Source: Lingula anatina (Eukaryota > Animalia > Brachiopoda). Taken from it: a stretch of DNA of 64,000 bases. Shown here piece after piece: positions 1 to 13,987 of the stretch. The stretch is from assembly GCA_051362555.1 (NCBI GenBank), contig CM120643.1, positions 7,192,001-7,256,000 on the forward strand. The letters are read 5' to 3'. Made by a program: the position numbers and the translations under genes. The notes below the pieces were generated by a model. It did no database searches. It was given only the letters and a program-made list of their open reading frames with translations, and had not been told where the DNA came from. The stretch's first letter is position 1. Each line of letters opens with the position of its first letter.

Positions 1-69
1 CATTCAAAATGTTAAACAATATTTACTGCTCTCAAACTTTCATGTATATTGTTGGTTCAAAATTCATAA

Positions 70-310
70 GAAACTGTCTTTTTTAGACCACCAATAAGAA
101 TGCAACTCATGCATTTTAGATGTTCAGTGTTTATTGACATTTATCTTTCACCAATCTTGTAGGTTCAGTTTCATCAGACACATTGTCTATAATACATGCA
201 GATCATCAATAAGAAAAGAATTGTACCTAGTCAAATACATGATATTACAAAAAAATTATTCATTTCTTTTATCTTTAAATTTGCAAATGGAAATTTGATA
301 AAGTGCCCTA
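70..310 (+). repeat. Paralogue of the 3' flank of the zinc-finger ORF (matches ~5990-6260)
   Basis: Shared blocks 'tcatcagacacatt' and 'agatcatcaataagaaaagaattgt.c.tagtcaaatacat' occur at ~170-240 and ~6120-6186. Confidence 0.75.
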
Positions 311-1422
311 TAAGTCAATAGTAATGACATATCTCTTTGGTACAGTTAGTATGATAAACACCTTAACAAAGAGTTTGTGTCAGAAAATGTGTTTTGTAGT
401 GCACAGTCTGTCACTCATGCAGTGAATGGGTTTATGAATTATGTAGCATCTCCTACGTACTTTGTCATAGTGGAAAACATACTGGAAAAGGAGACATTTT
501 ACATCTGCCACTCGAGTTGTCCATCCTGCAGAATCCAGCTGATGCAACAATAACATAGCACTGTCTTGGGTATCTCCCCATGGGCAGAGATATCAATAAT
601 CATGTCCAAAACTCAATACACCTTGATATATAGGTTACATATAACCGTATTCTCCCACATTTACTTAGAGCCATAAAGCTTGTATATAAACGTTTTGGTT
701 CAAACACGCTAGCTGTTTGCAGAACAGGGCATGAGTGACTGTTCAATATTTGAGTATTGCTGATACATACCTGGGGATTTTATGTGACCGTGGTGATATG
801 ATGATCACTGTCCATGAAGCCTCCTTTTATTACAGTTGCCAGTCTTGTCCTTTGCCTCCCCCCCCCCCTCCCCCCTAAAGTTCTAGTCTGGTGGCTGAAC
901 ATCACCTGGGGATTTGCTGGTATCCATGGCAACCTTCCTTGAATTTCTGGAAATCAGAATTACCATTACAATAAAAAAGTTTGGGTATTCTTTGGAGAGA
1001 CTTAACATAAAAATATAAAATTAAGTTAATTTAATTTACCCGAGGATAAAAAGCGAGATTTTTTTAAAACCATGTTAAGTAATAAGAAAAGAAATTTCAT
1101 TACATTAATTGCAGAAGTGGTAAAAGTGCTTTCTACCATTACAGAACAATTTAGCACAGAATTTTACCAGATGCGTTATGAACTGAGGATAGATTTATAT
1201 CATTTACTGATTTAGTAATAGTGGAATCAGTTATGGGTACTAGCTGTTACACAGAAGTTAAGCTGTCATTTGGATCTTTTTCGTTAACTATGAAAACAAC
1301 TTGAAGTCTGTCAATGAAGTAGCCATTTTAAAGCAGGAATTCATAACTAATTTAAGTGATACAAAAGAGGGCAATGCTTATTGTTTTTTTACAAACTCAT
1401 GACTCACCTGCATAAACACCTT

Positions 1423-1708
1423 TCCAATGATAACATATCATCTAGGTCTTGGAACTCAGTGCTAAAGAGGATCACCACACAGCTTTTCTTTATATCCAAT
1501 GATGACATCATCTAGATCTTTGAACTCAGTGCTAAAGAGGATCACCACACAGCTTTTCTTTATATCCAATGATGACATCATCTAGATCTTTGAACTCAGT
1601 GCTAAAGAGGATCACCACACAGCTTTTCTTTATATCCAATGATGACATCATCTAGATCTTTGAACTCTGTGCTAAAGAGGATCACCACACAGCTTTTCTT
1701 TATATCCA
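1423..1708. repeat. 70-bp tandem repeat, ~4 copies
   Basis: 'tatatccaat' recurs at 1491, 1561 and 1631; unit gatgacatcatctagatctttgaactcagtgctaaagaggatcaccacacagcttttctttatatccaat. Confidence 0.95.
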
Positions 1709-2283
1709 CATAATGATACCTACAGATTTTATACAATTTTTGAAATTAATCATTATTTTCATTCAAATAAGTAATAAATTGGGGAAAATTAAATCCAACA
1801 GTTTACTTAATATACATTTTTACAAAATTAATCATTATCAACTGCCACAATCAATAAATGGAATAACTTATTCACAATGTTTCTGAAAGATCTCACTTCT
1901 ATACAGTGCTTTTGAAAAATGTTTAGCTAACAGTGAGAAGTTACTAGTATTTGTCTTAAAGAGACGTTATGCAATTTTGTATTGGCCAATAGCTTTTATT
2001 TTTTCTGTTCTGTTATTGATCACAGCTCTCTTTCATCCTACCTCCCCTTTTTATTGAATATCAAAGAATTTTTCAAATACAGATGGAAAGCAGTTACACT
2101 CCAGAAGCCTTCTTGGCTACCACTGACCAATCACAGGGAATATCTTCTTTATCATGGACTTATGAAACAATATAACCTGAAAATATATAAATTTTCATTT
2201 AAAAAATTAAAAGAAAAAGAAATATATTTTAATTTTTCAGAATTTGAAAAGCTTACTAAAGGTATCTGTTAGAATGTTGCAAT

Positions 2284-2316
<33 letters not shown>

Positions 2317-2737
2317 ATGTACATGCACATGTGTGGACCATGGTAGCCTTAGGGCCATGGAAACCCAAGGACTTTCTGATAGCCAATCTTTGACCTTATC
2401 CAACATAATAATGACAATTAACATGCCTAATTTTTTTCTCAAATATATATTTGAAGTTATAAATATTCACTTAATAAATAAAGAAGAGATCTTATCCATT
2501 AAAAAGACATTAAAGGGCACATCCCTCAATACTTACTCATTACATTACATTACATTACATTACATTTGTCTTTATCTGGGTTGGCTAGACCTAAAATATG
2601 AAGAAAGGACACAATTTGAGAATAGAAAAATATGGTTGCATGTAAATATAACTGAAAAAAGAAATGAAATACTCATCACTAACAACAGTCATATTATCCT
2701 TTACTATTTCTCAGGTCTTCTGCTATTTTTGTGAACT

Positions 2738-2975
2738 AGTGGTGGATTTGGGGGGGGGGGGTGTCAAGGGGGTCCTGACCCCTGCTTCCATTTCTGAAAA
2801 AAATCACACCAATGATCCCCTCTTGAAATTAGAAATTTGACTAGCTGAATCATAGTTCTAAACTATTTGCCCTCCAAAATACCTCCAAAATTTTTCTGGG
2901 GCCCTTGTCCTTGACCCCAAGGCGAGAAGGGGGGGGGGGGGTGAGGGTTGGCTTAGCATCCAGCACCCCCCCCCC
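2738..2975. mobile_element. G/C-run-rich MITE (hAT-like), related to the copy at ~32825-33083
   Basis: Both copies share 'ttgaaatt.....tttgactagctgaatcatagtt' plus poly-G/poly-C tracts. Confidence 0.5.
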
Positions 2976-4518
2976 TTCATAATTTATCAATTAATTAGTC
3001 ACAACCAAACAAATAACTCCATTTTTTGCCTATCAGGCAAATTTCATCAAAATCTTTGTGTAACTTTTTGCAAACTTTTTGCTCTATTAATTATCTCATT
3101 AATTAAGATATTGGTCACAACCAAAATCTAGTTATTTGTTTCTTGGTGCCCTCTGTTCCTGAAAATGTCATTAAAATCTGTCCATAACCTTTTGCATGTT
3201 TTAAGGGACTCCCACTGTCTTCCATATTCTGTTGGTTGGCAGGGTAAGTTAGCACATGTTTATAGTTCTGTAGCTCTCCTCCTCTCTCTTTCTCTCTCTT
3301 TCTCTCTCTCTCTCTCTCACACACACACACTAAAAGTTACAGGATACAAGCACGGTCAAATCCAAGCTTGAAACCAGACCTCTCTCCTCCTAGTCTCTCT
3401 CCATCAAGATTTAAGTTTACAGATTTTAATGCTAAACTTTATCAATTAAAATGTCAATCACATAACTTATAAACTGATTAGTTACTTCAGACAAAAGTCC
3501 ACCCTGTCATGGTGGGCAAAAACCAGTAATTCCATGTAATCAAAATCTAACAGATTACTTGCTTGAAACAAAGGACATTTAAATTTTAACTGTTACAGGT
3601 AGGTGTAAATTTTGAAATATTATCTAAAGCTACTTATGCATCTTAGCTTCCCATGTGTGAATTTTATCAGACCAAAAAAAAATTATGAATTTAAAACATA
3701 TCATGTATGAAAGGTTTAAAAAATTGGTACAATCCTTTCAATTCACACACTCACTCACTCCACACACACACACACTCTCTCTCTGTCTCTCCATCTCTCT
3801 CTTTCTGATGAATTTCATTAAAATCCTTATGTACATTGTGACATAATATGCTGCTTGCACTGACAAACATTTAACTAATTATCTTATTATTAAGAAATAA
3901 ATTGCAAACAAAATCTTTTTTTTTTAATCTTGTTTCTTGGTCCCTTCAGTTTTTGAAAATGTCATCAAACTTTATCCATAATTAACTTTTTGCATTATAT
4001 TTTAAAGAGGCAGATAAACAGAGCAAAAAGTACAACCAGCGATTTGTGGAGAAAATGAATTAAGTTTTTTAAGTCTATCACTGGAATAATATTATTTCTC
4101 AATCTTAATTACTAAAAAATAACTGCATGTCAAATAATAGAATTGAAACATAAATCATTATTCATATTTTACTATTAACTGTAAAATGTTTGATATCCTT
4201 GTTAATCCCACCTGGTGAATTTCTACAATTCCTCTTCCCTCCCTATATTCAAAGAGTGTCATTTGGTAAAGATCAAGTAAACTTCTTTGAGGAAAATGTC
4301 ACCAAAACTCTATTTTGTGACATTTCTATAAACAATTGCTTTACAAAATTACTTATCACATCATCTACAGAACCAGCCTGGCATGTGTGACAAATACAAA
4401 CTGACTGATAAAATCACTTGTTGTCTTTTATCTGGCTAGGTGTAAATTGATGGAATGCCATGTTACCTGTTAAAACTGGGATCCAATATAATTATTTGGA
4501 TCTTAGCTGTTAATCAAT

Positions 4519-4771
4519 GCTTAAACCACGGCTAGCGCATAGAACAAAAGACTCGGTCGTACTGTATTCGACATACAAGCACGTCATGTACGAGTGCGTT
4601 CCACGGTCTGTTGCATTACTAGTGTAGTAGCCAATCAGAGGCCGTGGTTTAAGCCAGATACAACACTCGTCGCCGAGCTGTACGTGAAAATTACTCGTGT
4701 ATTGTCTCGCCTGCGGCTCGCCAATACACTCGTAATATTTCACGTACAGCTCGGCGACTCGTATTGTATCT
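4519..4771. mobile_element. CpG-rich double-hairpin non-autonomous element
   Basis: Inverted repeat gcttaaaccacggc (4519-4532) / gccgtggtttaagc (4641-4654); a second hairpin with ~50-bp arms spans 4656-4771 around the loop tctcgcctgcggctcgc. Confidence 0.6.
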
Positions 4772-5230
4772 ATCACTTATTGAAGTGATGACAGACAATT
4801 ATATACAGTGTAGATAACATCTTTAAAACATGACATCTGAAGTATTGAAGACAAATGACTTCTACCAATCAGATATGTACACTGTAACTGACAGTTAACA
4901 CTGTTCAATAGAATATCTGTATTCAAGATTTTATGTAGCAGTAGCCAAATACAACTATATACATATTGCTTACATGTAGCATAAAAACTGGGTCTATTGA
5001 TTACAAGATCAAACAGACTCCAAGCCTGGATAAACAGTAATCAGAGATTGTGTTGCTGAATTTTAGTATTGGACAGGAGCTTTCAAGCCAAAATAATTCT
5101 TACTGATTTTCCACGTGACTGGCTGCATGATGCATAGCAAGTTTACTGCACTGGCATAGCAAAGTTTATGAAACTAGTATACAGCTGAGAAATTGTCAGG
5201 AAAAAGGACAACAAACAGGAAATAATATCT

Positions 5231-5959
5231 GTGACAAGACTATCACAACTAAGTTCTTGTACCATTCATGCAAAAATGCAGACTGGAGTTAAACTTCACA
5301 AGTGTAGATACTGCGAGAAAACTTTTACACACAAAGTCTATCGCAGCTTCCATGAAAGAATTCACACAGGAGAGAAACCTTACAAGTGTAGATTCTGTGT
5401 CGAAGCTTTTAACTGCAAACTTTCTTGCATAATTCATGAGAGAATTCACACAAGAGAGAGACTATTCCAGTGTAGTTTCTTTGACCAAACTTTCACACAA
5501 CAAGGGCATTGCACATATCATGAAAGGATTCACACAAGAGAGGAGCCATGTAAATGCAGATTTTGTGACAAAACCTTTAACAGCCAAGTTTCTTGCAACA
5601 TTCATGCTAGAATGCACACTGAAGAGATAACAAAATCAGCCCCTATTACACATAAAAAAATTCACACTAGTAAAAATTCATACAAATGCACATTTTGTGG
5701 AGTAGAATTCGTTCAAGGGCATAGCTGCAAAACACATGGAATAACCCACACCACAGGAAATCATGGCACCAACATTATACAAGAAACTTGTGGCACTGAA
5801 AGTGGACAAAGCATTGTTCAAGATGATGACATTTTTACCACAGAGAATATCACCATCATTACTGACAATGATGTCTATGAAATGCTTACTGGTATAAAAA
5901 GTACCACACCAGGTGTCATCACAACAATTATGAAAAATCCTTTCTACAACTCAAAATGA
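5231..5959 (+). CDS. C2H2 (Kruppel-type) zinc-finger array; terminal exon or decaying gene
   Basis: Repeated CxxC..F..H.RIH fingers with TGEKPY-type linkers; one finger has lost a Cys (CSFFDQTF) and one is truncated; the ORF opens on a non-ATG codon. Confidence 0.75.
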   Translation: MTRLSQLSSCTIHAKMQTGVKLHKCRYCEKTFTHKVYRSFHERIHTGEKPYKCRFCVEAFNCKLSCIIHERIHTRERLFQCSFFDQTFTQQGHCTYHERIHTREEPCKCRFCDKTFNSQVSCNIHARMHTEEITKSAPITHKKIHTSKNSYKCTFCGVEFVQGHSCKTHGITHTTGNHGTNIIQETCGTESGQSIVQDDDIFTTENITIITDNDVYEMLTGIKSTTPGVITTIMKNPFYNSK

Positions 5960-6647
5960 TACGTTCAGATGACAGAAACAGAAAACTATTAACTGAGCTA
6001 TTTTTGGACAATCAATTTAAGAACAATCTAATTTTTTAACTCATACATTTGATTTTAACAATTTGTGTTGATCAATTTATTATTGCTCTCAAATGTACCG
6101 GGTACATTGTGGATTCAATATTCATCAGACACATTAGTTATTATAGATCATCAATAAGAAAAGAATTGTCCTTAGTCAAATACATACCAATACAGCAAAA
6201 TATCCATATCTCCTCTCTTTAAATTTGAAAATTTGCAAATTTGGATATGCAAGTGTTTCATTAAGGAATTCTGTGTCTACTAGATGAAAACCATTTAAAG
6301 CATTTCGAAGTTTTTTAATGTATTAAATTTATATATCCAGTGACTTAGAGACAGAATAAACAGTTGAAAAAGAAACATCTTTATTTTTATTTAGATATAT
6401 TACAATAAGATATATTATTATATATTACAATAAGATTTGTCTAAAAAAGTAAATGTTTTCTCACTGTTCCCTTGTTTTTTTTGACCAACTATCTACAAGT
6501 CACTGCTGTGTCAGCACAATTTCAATATTTTAAGTTATCAACTGAACACAACAGTCCACCTGACACTGGCAACATTCTATATCAGTTAACCATAAGGAAT
6601 CCTGAGCTGTAGTCAAAAAAATGAAATTCTAGCATAATATATAATAA

Positions 6648-6871
6648 CTAGAAAAGCACTCTGAGAGCGCAGACCTCCACCAAGGCAGCATTATTGTTTA
6701 TTGATTGATAATTGATCTGGATCACCACCAAAAACTAATCACTTCTAAGTTAACCCCTTTCCCATCTACCCTGAAAATTTCATCAAAATCGGTCCATAAC
6801 TTTTTTGAGTTATGTTGATAACAAACAAACAGACAGACAAACAGGGGTGAAAACATAACCTCCTTGGCGGA

Positions 6872-6876
<5 letters not shown>
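6648..6876 (-). mobile_element. HINE/DINE-1-like (Helentron-associated) element
   Basis: Subterminal IR ctccaccaagg / ccttggcggag, (caaa/caga)n microsatellite and core 'aaatttcatcaaaatcggtccataacttttt'; followed by (aat)n. Confidence 0.75.
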
Positions 6877-6920
<44 letters not shown>

Positions 6921-7579
6921 TATCAACATATACCATAACAGATCACAACGTCAAAACAAGGAAAAATTTAGTGGTTAATAAAAGAGGCTGATCTATCCCT
7001 CAGACTCTGTTCTCACTGGTTTTTACATGGGATCTGCACAAAACTCAAATACTGGCTTTTCTAGCTTCAAAAATCTGTTGACAGAAACTTCTGATCACAG
7101 GTAATTATACATGTAGATATCATATAATATTAAATATAGAAACTTAGTACTGTAGATTACTTATATATATATATATTTTGCATCCATTTTCCTTTTTATG
7201 AATTAACGATTCCTATTATTGAGGTGCTTATTAAAAGTAATTGCTATATATCTTTATTGAGGGACTGATAATAAAATACACTGGGGGAGGGGGGGGGCGG
7301 AAACAGCAGGGGTGGGTCACATTTTTTTGTCTACTAAAAGCTTGGGGTGAGCCCCAAAAATTGAGCCATGCATTTAAGGTAGGCCACAAGCTAACTAGGA
7401 TAATTTTGGCAATTTTTGAGAACCACTATACTACACTTGAAGTAAAACAACCTGAAAAGGTCTGTTTCTGGTTCTTCTTTTTTACAGGCATTTTTTTACA
7501 ACAAACAACAAAAGTTGCATGTAGCTATTAGAGAACAGTTATAAAAGCGTATCATTGACAAAGCCTGCCACCCAGTAAT

Positions 7580-7770
7580 TCATTTAGAAACATGTCCATA
7601 GCTTCTACCCAGGAAACTCTCCAACGCAAAGAATACGTATCTAAAGACGGGATTAATGCACAGCATTTTTCTCCAAATAGTTGTCCGTTTAACAGATTTT
7701 GTATTGGTTAGGAATCAAACCCAGACTGCCCGCGTGGCAGGTGAGCATTACTCCACTGAACCTGATAGAC
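7580..7770 (-). mobile_element. tRNA-Gly(GCC)-derived SINE or tRNA pseudogene (tRNA-like head 7700-7770)
   Basis: Minus strand reads ggttcagtggagtaatgctcacctGCCacgcgggcagtctgggtttgattcctaaccaataca, close to eukaryotic tRNA-Gly-GCC but with a broken acceptor stem and altered B box. The extent of the body is a guess. Confidence 0.65.
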
Positions 7771-10767
7771 ATCTAGTTTGTAGGGATGGCCTTCGCCCTC
7801 TCCCCTCCCCAATAAATCCTTCCGTGATGCTCGCAAACTTCTGTGCAAGTTTGAGTGATATGTTCCGTATTTTGAATAACTTACCAACACCAATTTCATT
7901 TAAAGTGGCAATCTACACCTCCGTATGTCGCACGGTATTGTAATTTACATTATTAGATATACCTGTATCTTCTGCAACTCATACATGTGTGATGAGTTTC
8001 ATAACTGACACAGTAGTAGTTTAGATATGTGTATTCTACATAAGAAACATATTAAATGTTAAAACAAAATTTAAGTTCTTCAAAATTAAATTTCGTTTAA
8101 GATTTCTTATTTTATTGATTTTAAAAAATTAAATGCATCAGACTTTCCCAAGACTGCCCTCCGTGGCCCAACTAATGTGTACATACATGTATTAAGACAA
8201 GAAAGGGTGTCTGTTACTGGACTCCTGTCATTAGATCTCCTTTTGTGTAAGCTTACGTGTATTTCAAGTGCTTATGCAAATTAAATGACCATAATTAAAA
8301 ATGTATAAAATATTTACATCCATTTTGATTCAAAAACTGACATACAGTAGCAGGTTCGAATGTTAACTTGATTGCCAGAAATATTTTCATTCGGTACTTT
8401 TTATTACTATTCATTCAAACCAATGGCTATAATCGGGTGTTCTGCATGAAAGGAATTAAATTCAAATACCAGATTTTGACCGTCAGTTCTGAACTCTCGA
8501 AATGCGGCAGAGTCTGTATATGATTCTGAAAACAGGGTATTGTGGAGTGGGGGGGAGGGGCATGTCTTGGAGACGGCTTTCTCTCTGTGCTCCAGATCTC
8601 GCTTTCGTGAACTCGAATGATTCACGATTTCTTTTGTATATTATTGAGTCACTGTACATTCATCTTTGTCTTTGTTATCTTGTTATAACCAATAGGAGAA
8701 TAACGATATGAAAGGCAAATAAAGACTTAAATAATATAGCGTCAACACAGATTATGCAAAAAATACATTTTTCACAAGGAGAAACCTTAATGCACATTTA
8801 CAGTATAATGTTAATGTAAAAATAGCATCTCTCTCTCTCTCTTTCTCTCTACGGAGTAGTATTCTGACATCAGAAGATACAAAGAAAAATGTAAGCACGA
8901 CGAATGCTTAAGGTCATTTGTCTTCATCTTGATTCAAGGACCTTCATCTCCCCCGGAATCACATTAATCTTCAAAAGTTTGTTCAGTTTTGATAATTATT
9001 TGTAACCCATTTCACACTTTATTTAATTTGGGTCCTTTCATTTTCTTAGTACATCTTTAGGTTTACTATTTGGAAAATGATTTCCTATCACGTTTGATCT
9101 GACGTTTCTACCTGTAGTGAAAAAAAGAAAGTTGAGAAGCAGTTTTTTTGGTGCACAGAGAATTTTTAGTGTACTGTGGATAAAAGAGACGAAATGTTTA
9201 CAACTACTTAGTTTACCTTTTCAATATACTTTTAGCTTGAAAATGGTTTTTATATTGTTGTTTTTGCTGAATTTGAGCAACTTTATACAACTCCGATGAA
9301 TATACATTATAGGTCAGTCATCATTTACTGTGAAGGAATGAAATATTTCTAATAATATTTTTAATATCTTTTATTTCCAGACAACATAAAAAGGTGTATA
9401 ATGCTTTACACCTCTAACAATTCAATTAGTGAGATAACAAATCTTACATCAGAACATTCAACATAACTCATCATAAACATTTCCCTTCTGCAAGCATTTG
9501 CCTCATTTTCAATTTCCATATTACTGTGATTACAGGACCAACCTGGAAGGGGGTGATTAAGACACCCCTGCACACCTCTTAAACAATCTTAATGTGCCCC
9601 AATACTGTAGCTTTAACACTGTCTTCACACCAAATGTCTGTCACTATGTCAGTGCTCAAAGACAACATAAGAAAACAGAATTCATTATTTTTTAAAGTCA
9701 CATGTGAAGATCTTCTTCAACTATGCATATGCACTATTATGATATGTCCTTTTTATATTACTAGCAAGACCAAGAATAAAAAGGCCTAGTTTACAGCTTG
9801 TGAACTTGGTTTCAGATTATTGTTCAACATTCATTGGCTCCATTCTTTTTTTTTATGTCAGTGGAGAGTTATCCAATCCTCTTCAATGCTGTCAGGAAGC
9901 ACTCCAAAGGTCTCCTAATTATTGGGTAACCTGTAAAAAAGCAAATGAAAAACTTCAATATTTCACAATGACACACTACAGCTATGTTAATAAACAAGGC
10001 AGAAAAGCTGCCAAATGTACAGACAAAAAGCAGAAAATGAATATGCAGAAAATAAGTCATTTTGTCAATTTTGATGCAATAATAAATAATGCTTATGACA
10101 GCACAGTCAATCAACACTTAAGTTTAATCATGCACAACAAGTAATATGGTCAATAAGATTATAGTTTCAGGATCATGGGAGTTCAAATTCACATAATAAA
10201 AATCCCAATATGTGAAAAATGATGACAGTGCATACAATAATATTATATATATAATGTTTGAAGACATAAATACCAATACTACTGCTTATGTGGAAATACA
10301 GAAAATGTACAGAGCTTCAGGTGGATGAGAGTTAAAAGTCATATCTTGAAGATGCCAGTGTTTAAAAAAAAAATTAAAACATAACAAAAAATATTCCAAT
10401 AAAGCTGCTATTCAAACTTTCAATCTAGTTATATTAGCACAATATGAATAATCCCAGTGAGCATGAGGATAATAAGGCACTGTTATTCATCTATAGCATT
10501 AATGTTAGCATTACACATAATTTTTTTTTTCTTTTGTAAAATTATTTGCAATATTAAGCATAATTCTCACTCATTCCTAATCATGTGACACTGTTAATTT
10601 AGATTTTTACAAACTGTATCTGGCAGAGAGCTAAACATTTGGGAGTTTACAGGGAAATCTCAAAATATGTGTTTTATGTAATCTCATTTAATGGCCAGAT
10701 AAATCAACCAATAAGACTTGTTTTCCAGCTAAAGCAGTATTTAAGTCCCGTTTCTTTCCTGTAAGTT

Positions 10768-12234
10768 CAGACATGCTGAAACTGTAGGTTCAATCAGTAA
10801 TGACCGGAAAAATTTGTCTGGATCGGTAAAAAATTGAACTCTGGCGGTCCAAAGGACCAGCAAGAGTTTTAAGTGCCACCATTTTGAATTTACAGTCCTC
10901 ATTTGACATACTTCACTAATAAAATTATATAAAACCCACAGGGTTTTCCCCTGCAGTTACTTATCATGCAAGAAATAAAAAATGATAACATTCACAGACA
11001 AAGTAAGCTGGCCAATCATAGTATCTGTCTCAGAAGAATAGAGTAATTTTCCTATGGGGAAGCCTCCTGCTCTGGATATTATACACTCAGTCATTGGTCT
11101 ATTAATTGGGACATACAGACAGCTATTACAAGAGTGGTCCATGCTGCCTAGCAAGGCAAATGCACAGCAAGGCATGTGTTTACTGCACAGCAAGGCAAAT
11201 GTTTACTGATAAACTTTGACACCCAACTCTTTTCTCAAGAACAGTTATTCGTACAGAAGGCCAGGATAGTGACACCTGACCTTAAAAGGTATGCAGACAT
11301 CCTTTAATGTATTTATCTTTTAAAATTTTATTATTACTATTATTATTATAATTTTTTTGAAAATAACATTGTTAGCATAGAAATGGGTCACCTGATTTAC
11401 TCAGCTTGATTTCCCAATGTTATCAGTGGTAATGTTTATAAGTCTTTTGGATACTTCTGTTTATATTCAGCCTGTTGCGTATTGCTGTTTTATGTAAAGA
11501 TAGTTTTAAAGTTTGGTTACTTCTTCGAAAGTGATCCGTGGTGAATGAACATTATTTAAATGTCCAATCAGCAATTACATATTGAATACACTAGGGGAAG
11601 TTGTCATTACAAGTTTAAGTATTGATATCATCATTTTTTTTATTTTAGAATATGATATCACTGAGCCCTGACCAGGAAGCCATTCATTTCCACAGTGAAG
11701 TGGCTAACATGTATCATGTATTAACATTTCCATTTGGTCTACAATCACAAATATGTCCTATTTGTGTAGTATCAAATTTGCAAATGATTTTTGTTGATAA
11801 ACTCAGGAAAAAGGAATACTGATTTAGTTATTTGCAAACTGGCATGAATGAGAAAGGCCAAAGATTGCTATGTTCAATGGTGCATTTTATTTAAAGGACA
11901 AAGTGTGGAATTTCAGGACATTCAAAGGAAGAAACAAATTCAAGCACTTCTTAAGGCCTATATGAACCCTGGAACTTGTGAAATGAGAACCACAATAAAG
12001 CAGTGCTTCGAGTGTCAATTTTTCTTTTTAAATATGCAACATGTCTAAATTATTGATACTATTTATATTGAATATACACGTACATAAGTTCTTCTATTAA
12101 AACTACCACGTGAATGAAATGCCACCAAATTAAATGAAAATATTTGGTCCTGCAAAAATCCATTCGATTTGGCAAATTTTTCATTACTGTCAGTCCGAAT
12201 GTCTGGCTATTCTGAAAAGTTTTGAGCATGTCTG
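10768..12234. mobile_element. Non-autonomous hAT-like element
   Basis: TIRs cagacatgctgaaact / agttttgagcatgtctg; absent from the paralogous site at ~63068. No matching 8-bp TSD seen. Confidence 0.5.
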
Positions 12235-12699
12235 ACTTAAGATTTGATTATAGTAAAATATTATTATAGTATGCTATTATAGTGTGCTGTTGTAAATGAG
12301 AAAAACGCGATGGAGGCAGTACATATTCCTATTCGTAGTGGATTTGAACACCACATTTGTTACTGAATGCAAAAATTGCACCTTTAACGACAAAATTGCT
12401 TTCTTTTCATAGTTTTACAACAGTGTCGACAATTTTATGACCTTTTTTTCTATGGTTACACTGTGAGGTATCATTTAATTAAATCGTGCTTACATCTTTT
12501 AGATTAAGAAATACAAGAGACCTAATACATATTATATGAGCCTTAAATTGTTGATATTCTAAGCTTACGTCTCTATGTTTATATATATATATATACAGAC
12601 GGAAGTTTTGAGTAAGAAACAAACAAATAACAACCCACATTTTCTACATTAACTGTGATAATTGTCAACAAACACTAACTGTGCCAGCCTAGCCATAGT

Positions 12700-12889
12700 G
12701 GAAAACGAGCTACGACCGACTTACTCCACCTAGCTAGCAGCCGTAAATTTACGACTAAGTTAAGACCGACGTAAATACTATTCCAGTTTGGTGCAACTGG
12801 CTTTTCTCGGGCGTAGCATTTTGCGCCCGGTTTACGCCAGCGCAACTGCTATGCCTCACTTACTACCGGTTGGTGCAACCGGGCCCAGG
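12700..12889. mobile_element. CpG-rich MITE fragment (Harbinger-like end)
   Basis: Ends in ttggtgcaaccgggcccag with an internal repeat ttggtgcaac; absent from the paralogous block. Confidence 0.4.
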
Positions 12890-13147
12890 GCGGCAGTGCC
12901 CAAAATAGGGTTTTCTTCAATTCTGATGCAATATTACATAATGCTTAACTGCAAAGTCACCACCAATCTTAAACAATGCACTGCAAGAAACATGGATATC
13001 TAAAAAAATGTGACTAGCAAAGGTTTTCAAGCCCATGAAATTTCGAAGCTACACAATTTCTAAGCTATGCTAGATAGATATATCTGATATAACTGCACTG
13101 AAATAAGTTTCTTTCCATTTTCAACACTTTTTTTACATAAAACAAAA

Positions 13148-13485
13148 ACTAGAAAAGCACTCTGAGACTACAGACATCTGCCAAAGTCGCAATTTTTTAT
13201 TATTATTGATTATTGATCTGGATCAAAACCAAAAACTAATCACTTCTAAGTTAACCCATTTCTGACCTACCCTGAAAATTTCATCAAAATCGGTCCATAA
13301 CTTTTTGAGTTATGTTGATGATTGATTATTGATTGATTGATTATTGATCCGGATCACCACCCAAAACTGATCACTCCTAAGTTAATCCATTTCTGATCTA
13401 CTCTGAAAATTTCATCAAAATCGGTCCATAACTTTCTGAGTTATGTTGATGACAAACAAACAGACAAACAGGGGTGAAAACATAA
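13148..13485 (-). mobile_element. Second HINE/DINE-1-like copy with a duplicated core
   Basis: Near-identical to 6648-6860 with two ~120-bp core repeats; absent from the paralogous site at ~63360. Confidence 0.75.
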
Positions 13486-13938
13486 TATCAACAGAACAAT
13501 TTTAAATGTCATTTTTAATTCATTCTGAGATTCTGAATGAGGCGAATGATTGAATTTGACAAAATGCAATGATATGAGTTTACTTCTATTTTTAACACTT
13601 TATTACACAATACAAGATAACAGGTTTACCATCATTTTTATATATTAAACTTACAAAATATTTTAGGTGGAGAAAATGCCAAAAGATAACTTTTACATGA
13701 CTGTCTAATTAGTTCAATAATGAGACTGTTATCATGCCTAAGAATCAAATCCGAGGTGGATAAAATATGCTAAAAAAAAAGCAAAAACAGCACAGATTTT
13801 GAAAAAATTGTCTGATTAGACTGATTTTTAAACTTGACCTGTATTTTATGTGTATTCATTAGTTTTGTAAGTTTGAAGACAAAAGGTGAAATGGTTTTCA
13901 GTTTATTTGTATAACCATGGATTGAATATCCTCCCTCC

Positions 13939-13987
<49 letters not shown>

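Noticed and set aside
1982-2734. 96- and 150-aa ORFs
   Set aside because: AT-rich, microsatellite-derived translations with no domain signal.
7700-7770. Functional tRNA-Gly(GCC)
   Set aside because: The acceptor stem is unpaired and the D/T arms are mutated; it is a SINE head or pseudogene.
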